From Chiloscyllium plagiosum (lineage: Eukaryota): 29,852 bases of DNA. Shown here in pieces: positions 21,092-29,852 of this stretch. How positions within the stretch are numbered: the stretch's first letter is position 1; every line of letters begins with the position of its first letter. The DNA lies in assembly GCF_004010195.1 (NCBI RefSeq), contig NC_057717.1, forward strand, positions 104,158,910 through 104,188,761. Reading direction: 5' to 3'. The notes beneath the pieces are model-generated. The model searched no databases. It was not told the DNA's origin and saw nothing but the letters and a program-made list of their open reading frames with translations. A program made the position numbers and the translations under genes.

Positions 21092-21305
21092 AGAAATTGC
21101 TTGAAAATCTCAGCAGGTCTGGCAGCATCTGTGGAGAGAAATCAGAGTTCGCACTTCAGGTCCAGTGACACTTCTTCAGAACATTCTGAAGATGGATCAT
21201 TGGACCCAAAATGTTAACTCTGATTTCTCTCCACAGATGCTGCCAGACCTGCTGAGATTTTCCAGCAATTTCTGTTTGTGTTTCAGATTTCCAGCATCTG
21301 CCTCG
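21092..21305. mobile_element. Palindromic pair of Penelope-like terminal repeats (90-bp arms, 2-nt loop)
   Basis: Arm 21092-21181 is the reverse complement of 21184-21273 (outer 58 bp: 1 mismatch; inner 32 bp: 9 mismatches). Each arm carries a decayed CTGAAGA...GACCY-(G/A)AA(A/G) core. Confidence 0.85.
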
Positions 21306-21924
21306 CAATGGTTTTATTTCACTGTCCATTTTATAGCCTTGCTTTTTCAGTGTCCCAGGAAAAGGATAGGTATTATGTTGAGTGGGTTGGAGTAAAACAG
21401 CTAATGCTGCAAAACAAGCCTCTTCAGGTTAATTACCATTGTAAAGGACAATTGGACCAACATCCCATTAATGATTTTATTAGAATTCCATTAATTTTTA
21501 ATGTAAAATTATAATTTACAATAGATTCTGTCCACTCCATGCACTTATTATTGTTTGAAAGGAATGTGGTTTAATCCATTAAAAATTAACTGTTAATTAG
21601 TTCAGATGTTTCTTCCATGCCCCCTTGGTTCATCTATTTGCATTTCTTATCTAAACTAAATTAACTTATCACAAGAGTATTGACATTTCTCCTCCCGAAT
21701 GTTTTGAACATTGTTAAACTTGAACAATTGTTTTAGAGACAGGAAATGTGACTCTATTGCTGTCAGATTACCTGGATCGAAGCTTTGCCAAAAGCAAACC
21801 AAATCCTACAATGTCGTACAGGACTGTAAGAGACATCTTGAAAGAGGTGTCCATTTAATCCCACTGCCCCAAAGCTTTTAAAATCTTTCCTCCCAAGATT
21901 TATTTAGCTCTCTTTTGAACTGAA

Positions 21925-22105
21925 GGGTTTCCTCCGGGTGTTCCTATTTCCTCGTATGGTCCAAAGATGTGCAGGTTAGATGGATTGGCCATGGGAAATG
22001 CAGGGTTAGAGGGATGGGGTAGATCTGTGATGCTGTTTGGAGGATTGATGTGAACTCGATGGGCTGAATGGCCTGCTTTCACATTAGGGATTCTATGATT
22101 TCTTT
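21925..22105 (+). mobile_element. 5'-truncated HE1-type SINE
   Basis: GGGTTTCCTCCGGGTG...GTCCAAAGATGTGCAGGTTAG..GATTGGCCATG matches the reverse complement of 11445-11513. Confidence 0.85.
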
Positions 22106-23414
22106 GATTCTGCTTCCATCTCATTTACATGCAGCACATTCCAAATTATAACAACTCACTTTTTTTAGGTATAAAATCTCCCGTTTTCCCAGTAGCTCTT
22201 TTGTAATTGACCCTGTCTGTGCCATTTTGTTACTACCCTACAGTTTACATCTCTATAATCCTTGCACATTACAGACTGTTTGTTTGTTTTTTGCTTTTCA
22301 CTGGATAAGCTAATGTTTGGTGTCTTTGGTGCTTAGTGTTTTTCTTAAAACAACTAATTGTCTGTCCAGAAGCCACAAACCACTTTGTCTTCAAGCTAAA
22401 CTTTGCCTAGCACTTTGTGATCTGAACAATTCACTGTGACAAAGTTAACATGCAGCTATGGAGAATCCTGCAGCACACAAATTGGCCATTTGGCCCATTA
22501 GGTAAATGACTGTGTCTATCCTGTTTGAAGCAGCTCCCACTTTTGCGGAACTTTTTCTGTATTCTTGAAATTAACATAAACCTAAGTTTAAAAGAAAATA
22601 TTACTAACTTGTTATAGTGGGTGAATTAATCTCTTGCTCAGTTAGTGTTCTATTTTGTTATATTTTTGGCTTTGCGTTATAAACTGACAATTCTTCATAA
22701 TTATTTTATGAGTAAACTGATACAAAGCAAGTGTTATATTGGTGTAAACAGTCATTTGGTTAAATAGCATCTTTGTAGTAAAGAGCAAATTTGCAATGTT
22801 TTGACTTGATATACTTTTAAAAGTCTTGAAGGAATGACCAAGCATTCCGCCCTTGTGAGCTGTGTTGCTTAATGTGTAATCGTGAGAAATGCATATAAAA
22901 ACGGTTGAGTTGGCATTCCTGTTAATTTGTCCATGTCTGTCATTGCTAATGACAACTTTATTTGCTTATCAATGAAAAACCTTTCTTGAAGCTTCATAGA
23001 ATTATACAAAACAGGTACATTTGTACCTTTCTGTGCTTCTTTGGAACAAACGTTTTGCTGTTTATCATGCTCATTTCCCACCATCAAGCATTATCTAATT
23101 ATTCCTTTCTTAATGGAATAGAATTGTGGGGGGTAGAACAGTGCTGCTGAGATGCATGAGCAATGTAAATAATGCAAAGACTTTTAGTTTTGACCATGGA
23201 AACTCTTATTCTACATCAGTTTGTTTGTACTGCAAGGCACACTAGTGGTAGACATACACAATGATCCCTGCCCAGTTGATAAGCATTTAGCTGCCCCTGT
23301 CTGCCCTCACCACACCCATTCAGTTATCACTAGATTTTGAGTAGCCATGAGCAATGACATTTGTAGGTGGATTAGTAGCACTTATATTCATCTAAACTGT
23401 ATGATATATGGGAA

Positions 23415-23625
23415 TGACCCCACCTGCAAGTTCCCATTCTGACTTGGAGTTGTATCACTGTTCTTTCAGCATTGTTGGGTCAGTCACCAAATTCCCTCCC
23501 TCTTACATGCCTATACTGCATCGATTATGACAATTCAAGAAGAAGACCGATCACCACTTTTTCAAGTCTGGTTAGGGTGGCAATAAATGTTGGCCTGACC
23601 AGCAATGCTGACATCCCGAGAATGT
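23415..23625 (+). mobile_element. Old LINE 3' end (same family as 4720-5125)
   Basis: CACCTGCAAGTTCCCATTCTGACTTGG...GGCAATAAATGTTGGCCTGACCAGCAATGCTGACATCCC. Confidence 0.65.
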
Positions 23626-24059
23626 TTTTTTTTCTTAATAGAACTGCCCATACTGCTTTAGCACTTATACTTTGAAAGTACACGGCTGAGTAGGTATCAT
23701 TATCTTTTGTAAAGGCACACATATTGGCTAGGTGTGACTCTCCTCTGCACTGTTGAACTGTCAGAGTTCATCAACCTAAGGGTGTGGTACAAGCTGGCAG
23801 TTTCTTTGTTCATTATTCAACTGAATTGTTCGAAATATTTTTGGTGAGTAGTCATTTGACACTATCCTATTCTGTCAACTGCTTCAAAATGGGAATGTGC
23901 AGTTTTATCATGTTTGATGTTCTTTAGGCCAGTACGCCTTGCTGCTTGGAGACTGGAAAGGGCACAATTCTTAGAATTAAGGTTTTTGTGCTGCCTTCCA
24001 GGCAATTGATTTCTCTCCTGTAGTTGGGCAAATAGAACAGTTCTTGAAAGGGGAAATTA

Positions 24060-24455
24060 AAACAAGCTTGCATCTCTAGAGCCCTTTCACATCCTGAACT
24101 GGTCCTAGTAATGAATCAATTCTGTACTATAGACTCTGTGTAATAGTGGCAAATGAGTGCCAACCAATTTGCACATGAAGGTCCCATGAAGAGTTAATGA
24201 GCTAATGAGCGAGAAGTTCATATGATTTAATGATGCTTGCTGAAGGTTCAATGTTGGCCAGGACACTGGGAGAACTCATTGCTCTACAATGTAATGTTGT
24301 GGAATTAAATACGTTTAAGCCAATGGGCAGGAATACGTCACAGCTGAAACACAACACCTCTAGCAAAACAACACTCCCTCGGTCCAGCATGTTGGAGCTT
24401 TGGAATGTGTTTGATGTATGACTCCTCTCAACTGAGACTACCACTGGGCCAAACT
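24060..24455 (-). mobile_element. Old Deu-domain SINE
   Basis: AATGTTGGCCAGGACACTGGGAGAACTC is the reverse-complemented Deu-domain core; tail CTTGCATCT at the left. Confidence 0.65.
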
Positions 24456-24724
24456 GCCACTCACTCAATAGTAGGAACAGAAGTAGATCATTCAGTACTT
24501 TGATTTTGTTTTACCACTCAATTATCATTACTGATCTGACCACAGTTGTGAGGAATTTCACTCAATATTACAGTGCCACTCAAAGCCCACAGTTCCCGCC
24601 TAATAGGACAACTTCTTTTCTCTAAACTGCATATTTGTGCAATTTTTACCTTTACAGTTATAAATTGCTGCCAGAAACACTAAAGGTCTACCTCAGCCCT
24701 TTATATCTCTTCACCTTCTGTTGC

Positions 24725-24845
24725 TAAGAGAACGTAAGGACTGCAGATGCTGAAGGTGAGAGTTGAGAGTGTGGTGCTGGAAAAGCACACTAGGTAGCAT
24801 CCAAGGAGCAGGAGAATTGATGTTTCAGGTGTAAACCCTTCATCT
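24725..24845 (-). mobile_element. Penelope-like terminal fragment, truncated within its hammerhead-like core
   Basis: CTGCAGATGCTG...GCATCCAAGGAGCAGGAGAATTGATGTTTC; minus-strand GATGA-A-GGGT-TTAC-ACCT-GAAA-CA-TC; degenerate 16-bp direct repeat at 24709-24724 and 24838-24853. Confidence 0.65.
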
Positions 24846-25360
24846 TCTGATGCAGAGCTGCCTTGAGATGTGACAAACTTCTGCTGTTTTCTTGTTTGCA
24901 AAACCCTTGATGTAAAACTCCTCGCTTTTGTAAGCCACTGCATCGCTAAGTTACCTTTCGTCTTAGCTAGGTGTGCAGTTAGGGACGTTGGTCTTTTAAA
25001 ATGTTTGCACTCATGGTAATTAGCATTGTAATAGGGGTAAGATGTTGGAAGACTGAGGTGGGTAGAGCTAGGGTGCAGCAGGGAAGGAAGGTTTTCGGAA
25101 CTGTGCTGTATTTGCATTGTTTTGAATTTGATACGCTATTAAATGAACAATTTCCTGTTAACAGTTGTTTGTTTTTCTTTGTTCTTTTGCATCATCTGTA
25201 GAAGCTATTGTTACCTCGTGTTCAAGTGGTGCATTTTTATATTGTGAAATGGATGTTGTTTTTGATCCTTCCCTCTCTTCATCCTCCCCCAACAATATTA
25301 TTTTCAGTGCTGTGGGTTTTTATGAAGTAATATTCCTTGACACAGGAAGTTTGTGTTTGG

Positions 25361-26285
25361 TATTAGTAAGTTTGCAAATGACACCAAATTGGAGGTGTAG
25401 TGGACAGCGAAGAGGGTTACCTCAGATTACAACGGGATCTGGACCAGATGGGCCAATGGGCTGAGAAGTGGCAGATGGAGTTTAATTCAGATAAATGCGA
25501 GGTGCTGCATTTTGGGAAAGCAAATCTTAGCAGGACTTATACACTTGATGGTAAGGTCTTAGGGAGTGTTGCAAAACAAAGAGACCTTGGAGTGCAGGTT
25601 CATAGCTTCTTGAAAGTGGAGTAGCAAATAGATAGGATAGTGAAGAAGGTGTTTGGTATGCTTTCCTTTATTGGTCAGAGTATGGAGTACAGGAATTGGG
25701 AGGTCATGTTGCAGCTGTCCAGGACATTGGTTAAGCCACTTTTGGAATATTGCATGCAATTCTGGTCTCCCTCCTATTGGAAGAATATTGTGAAACTTGG
25801 AAAGGGTTGAGAGAAGATTTACAAGGATGTTGCCAGATTTTGAGGATTTGAGCTACAGGGAAAGGCTGAATAGGCTGGGGCTGTTTTCCCTGAAGCGTCG
25901 GAGGCTGAGGGGTGACCTTCTGGAAGTTTATAAAATCATGAGGGGCATGGATAGGAAAAATAGACAAGGTCTTTTCCCTGGAGTGGGTGAGTCCAGAACT
26001 AGCAAGCATATGTTAAGGGTGAGAGGACAAAGGTTTAAAAGACACCTAAGGGACAACGTTTTCACGCAGAGCATGGTGCATGTATGGAATGAGCTGCCAG
26101 AGGAAGTGGTGGAGACTGGTACAATTACAACATTTAAAAGGCATCTGGGTGGGTATGTGCATTGAAAGGATGTAGAGGGATAAGGGCCAAGTACTGGCAA
26201 ATGAGACTAGATTAATTTAGGATATCTGGTCGGCATGGATGAGTTAGCTTGATGGGTCTGTTACCGTGCTGTACATCTCTATCAA
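25361..26285 (+). mobile_element. CR1/HER1-type LINE, 5'-truncated at the RT catalytic motif, decayed
   Basis: SKFANDTK (decayed FADDTK), DSEEGYLRLQRDLDQMGQWAEKWQMEFNSDKCEVLHFG, ERVERRFTRMLP...LNRLGLFSL..RRLRGDL...WNELPEEVV; contains stops and frameshifts. Confidence 0.93.
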
Positions 26286-26561
26286 TTTATGCTGCATTGT
26301 GAAATTGTTTGAGTACCAAACTTGTTTATTTCAAAAGTTGAGTTATCTGGATGTTTATGTTGAGACAATTACCTGGTGACTGCAGGTAAATACAAAGTGA
26401 TTCTTGCAACTTCTGTTTAACTTGGGGTTGTTTAAATGGTGGTTGAGCAACCTTCATCCCCCCCTTGTTAGTTACCTATTCCTGTTCCTATCCAGTTGTA
26501 TTTAAGTCTTTCACCGGATCTTGGGTCTTTCCTTCTCCCACTTTGTGGTTGTGCCATTTTA

Positions 26562-26870
26562 TTATGAGTTTATTTATTGCCATATATCTGGAGAAATACA
26601 ATGAAAAGTTTTTTGTCATCACAATCTGGTGCCACTTTAAGTTACAAAATGAATAAAATCAAATTTACATAAATAAAGTTCATCCTCTGTACAAGGGATC
26701 TTCAAATATAGCTCCTGGGCTTCATCAGGGTCTCTGCAAGGAGTCCCCGTTCTGGGTATAATAATGACAAATCCACCAAGAGTCCACACTTCAGGAATAT
26801 TGCAGCTGGAGTACCCGCTCCAGGAACCACCACCACCACCACAGTTGGCAACCCATCGTGCTATCCTACA
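26562..26870 (-). mobile_element. Possible non-autonomous repeat with a Rex/Babar-like 3' end
   Basis: TTTATTGCCATAT...AATACAATGAAAAG resembles TTATTGTTGTCACAT...ACACAGTGAAAAG at 9455-9490; no coding similarity seen; includes (ACC)5. Confidence 0.3.
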
Positions 26871-27889
26871 CAATGACCCTACCAATACATATTATCTTTG
26901 GCTACTGCCTTTGATGCTCCCATGGTCTTCATTGATTGTTGATGTGTTGATTCCTGATTTTTGGCTTGTTATCCACACACCAATTTCAGCAGCTACGTCT
27001 TGTCCGGTATCCGGTTGTTCCTCTCTTGTCACTGTTGCCCATGTTTTTGCTCCAAAACTTGCAGCTGTTTGATATTTCTTTCAATTTCAGTAATACCTTT
27101 TGTCACACTTCATTGGACATCCAATTGTTCCACCCAGGTGAAAGTAAAGTTCACTGTAAATATTATTTCCCTGTTCTCTTTCTTAGAAATGGATTAAAAG
27201 TTCATGCTGTTTCAAGAGACCTTGTGTGTTAGTCATCGCTAGGCCAAATCTGTTTTGCATCCTCATAAACTAACTCAGCTTTAAATTGCATAAATTGTTT
27301 AAATGTACATAAGTGGTGCAACTCTGTTTTCATAGCAACTCATCAACTTTGTGCTTGTTTCAGTGCAAGTAATGGGCAACTCACCTTGATTCGTTTAGCA
27401 ATAACATTTGACTACTATTTGACTGCATGAACAGAGCAAAGTGCAGCAGCATTACAAAGTGGGCAGTAATTTCAAATGTGCACGACTAAAGTAAGAAATA
27501 GGATGAATGGGTATTAGCCCTACATGTGCCTACTATTAGTTATAAGATCATGGCTCCAAGGTAACCTTTTTGTAGGAGCCAGTGTTCATGCGAAGCAGAC
27601 AAATCTTTGTTTCAAAGGCATTTGTTTTTATTGTTCCCTGTTGAAAGATAATAAAGTTTTATGGACACAGAAATAGCCTGCAGATGCACTTGAAATAGGG
27701 CCATTCAACTCTTGCTTGATTAAATCAGTTTAACTATAAATTCCAAACAAATTATGGATTAAAAGGATTTAAATTGTGTTATCTCTTCTTAAATCACATA
27801 CTTGTATCTAAGTACAGTTCCACTGCTATTGCCAGATCTTTGGGTATTCACCCAAATGGTCTTTCCTGTGTGAACTTTGGCAATAATAT

Positions 27890-27968
27890 AAATTCGGCAG
27901 ATCTAGTAGCATCTATGGAGGGAGAAAAACAGCTTTTTCAAATCCTAATATGGCTCCTCTTAAGACTG
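27890..27968 (-). mobile_element. Highly decayed Penelope-like terminal fragment
   Basis: CGGCAGATCTAGTAGCATCTATGGAGGGAGAAA resembles CAGCAGGTCTGGCAGCATCTGTGGAGAGAAA at 21111-21141. Confidence 0.55.
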
Positions 27969-28056
27969 CTGTGATGTTTGGGCATCAGAGCAGCGCCAAT
28001 TGATCAGTGTTCGTGCAAGTTAGATTTTCCAAAGAGCTAGGATCACCAGCTACTCC

Positions 28057-28345
28057 TTAGAACATAGAACAATACAGTGCAGAACAGGGCCTTCGGCCCT
28101 CAATGTTGCACCGACCTGTGAACTAATTTAAGCTCATCCCCTGACTCTATCCCATCATCATCCATGTGCTTATCCAAGGATTGTTTCAATCACCCTAACG
28201 TGGCTAAGTTAACTATATTGGCAGACAGGGCATTCCACATCCTTACCACTGTCTGAGTAAAGAACCTGCCTCTGACATCTGTCTTAAATCTATCACCCCT
28301 CAACCTGCAGTCATGCCCCCCTACAAGTTGACGTCATCACTCTCA
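28057..28345 (-). mobile_element. CR1-type LINE 3' end
   Basis: AGAACATAGAACAATACAG tail; the minus strand encodes RFFTQTVVRMWNALSA, the CR1 ORF2 C-terminal motif. Confidence 0.85.
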
Positions 28346-28469
28346 GATGATGGTGTCTGCTGATGACTAAGACGGAGTCTCCGAACTCCCTGAATAACAC
28401 ATGTTGAGGTTCTTTGGGTTTGGTTTTGGTTTCTCTTTATCTCAGTACTGCAGCCTTTTGATATCTCTG

Positions 28470-28715
28470 CACTCTGCCAGCTCAGAGGGTCCTGTGCATC
28501 CCCAGTCATCTTCTAGCCATTGAAAGCTGTACTTTCAGTTACCCAGGCTCTTAGCTCTTGAATTTTATTTGTAAATCTCTCTCCAGCTTCAAGTTGGTCT
28601 TTAAATCCTACCTCACTGATAAAGAGTTTGGTCTCCCGAGGCCCAGTGTGGAGTTTGTGATGATCGTTCTCCAGATGCATGATGGGATGTTTAATGCTCT
28701 ATGCAAATGCTATTA
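28470..28715 (+). mobile_element. Old L2-type 3' tail
   Basis: CTTTCAGTTACCCAGGCTCTTAGCTCTTGAATT...TTAAATCCTACCTC...TTTGGTC, similar to the other L2-type tails here. Confidence 0.45.
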
Positions 28716-29507
28716 TTTGTTTGAAGCTCCGTGATTGCTGTTGTGTTTTATTTGGAAGCTTGCTGCATGAGGAACCCGTTTTGACTGACCCCATATTTGA
28801 ATATGGCTGGCTTCTGTTTCTTTTTGTTTGTATCTATCTTTTGTTGTAGATTTGAGTAGAAAATGAAGCTTTATTTAAGTGAAACAAAAGCAAAACTGAT
28901 AACTTGTTGAATGTAGAAAACCAATTGTGTCGACCAGAAAATAGTGACAGCTCTGACATCGATCCGTGCTATTTTGCTTCCAGAAGCAGAAATTCCCAAA
29001 TCAGGTTCCACGTCTTGTTCTGTCGCCATCTTTAGATGGGTTTATTCTTGGAAGTTTCATCATATGACTACTCCTGCACCTGAATTTCCTCGATTTGGTC
29101 CATCCTCCAGGTTCTCTGCCTTCCCCCAGCCATTTGGATGAATCTGGACAAAATCCCACCTGCTCCACTACACCACCACTTTACAGTTACTGAAAAAACA
29201 AGGAAATTTCACTTCCCTATCAAATTTGACTTAATTATATTTTGCTCTATTCTGGTCCTGTAAGCCATGAAGCCTTTTCCTTGAATGTTCACATAACTGA
29301 GATCTTTTTACATTGTCTTGACTTTGACTTTGAACAATCTAGATTTCTGACCAAACATTCCTAATCTTGAAATTTGCACAAACTGTACTTCTTATCTGAG
29401 ATAACTTATTTCCTTTAACTGCTCAGAAGTCTTTTTTTCTGTCCAGCAGAGCCCTCTCCTTGTATTGAACTTCAGTCAGATCTCCAGACTGTCCAGAATG
29501 TTTTCCC

Positions 29508-29852
29508 ATCAGGTGTACCCTAGAACTCTATGGGAAGCTAGGCAAGTGATTGCTGGTCCCATTGCTGAGATATTCAGATCATCAATAACCACAGGTGCTG
29601 GAAGACTGGAGGTTGGCTAACGTGGTGCCACTATTTAAGAAAGGTAAAAAGGAAAAGCCAGGGAACTACAGACCGGTGAGTCTGACATCAGTGGTGGGCA
29701 AGTTGTTGGAGGGAATCATGATGGGCAGGATTTACATGTATTTGGAAAGGCAAGGACTGATTAAAGATAGTCAACATGGCTTTGTGTGTGGGAAATCATG
29801 CCTCACAAATTTGATTGAGTTTTTTGAAGAAGCAACAAAGAGGATTGATGAG
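29508..29852 (+). mobile_element. CR1-type LINE ORF2 (RT N-terminal region), 5'-truncated, continues beyond the window
   Basis: QVYPRTLWEAR...EDWRLANVVPLFKKGKKEKPGNYRPVSLTSVVGKLLE...DSQHGFVCGKSCLTNLIEFFEE. Confidence 0.93.

Noticed and set aside
25400..26165. 74-aa and 122-aa ORFs as a functional reverse transcriptase
   Set aside because: These are fragments of a 5'-truncated CR1 with the catalytic FADD decayed to FAND, plus stops and frameshifts.
100..26285. Direct CR1 copies (100-613 and 25770-26285) as a segmental duplication or composite element around GIPC
   Set aside because: Similarity is confined to the LINE 3' end and is visibly diverged, consistent with independent insertions.
28360..28390. 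CTGATGA followed by a small hairpin (also CTGATGA at about 5173 and 8624) as hammerhead cores
   Set aside because: No correctly placed GAAA or stem III, and no Penelope-like flanks.
28871..29029. Minus-strand 52-aa ORF (MATEQDVEPDLG...) with strong AAGATGGCG Kozak/YY1-like context
   Set aside because: Short, with no recognisable similarity, no CpG island and no splice donor; a single motif is expected by chance.

Overview
Eukaryotic, repeat-rich vertebrate DNA, almost certainly from a cartilaginous fish: it carries HE1-type V-SINEs, CR1/HER1-type LINEs and Deu-domain SINEs typical of sharks. The only host gene I can support is the 3' half of a GIPC-family PDZ adaptor, best matching GIPC1, on the + strand. 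Its four coding exons are 1467-1647, 5327-5439, 8743-8824 and 19374-19522 (stop TAA 19520-19522), all GT-AG and in phase; the 5' exons lie upstream of the window. The ORF track misses these exons, and its ORFs are LINE remnants or chance. The rest is intron, 3' UTR or intergenic DNA filled with decayed transposons. Most notable are: (i) at least six short Penelope-like terminal fragments with decayed minimal hammerhead-ribozyme-like cores, some with target-site duplications, including a 90+90 bp palindrome 1.6 kb past the GIPC stop; (ii) a four-layer nested insertion in the last intron (L2-type tail < Rex1/Babar LINE < solo LTR < young HE1 SINE); (iii) a possible alternative terminal exon and a possible in-frame 294-nt circRNA. 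I found no evidence for a genuinely new multi-gene system. Repeat family names and comparisons with human proteins are from memory, not from a search.
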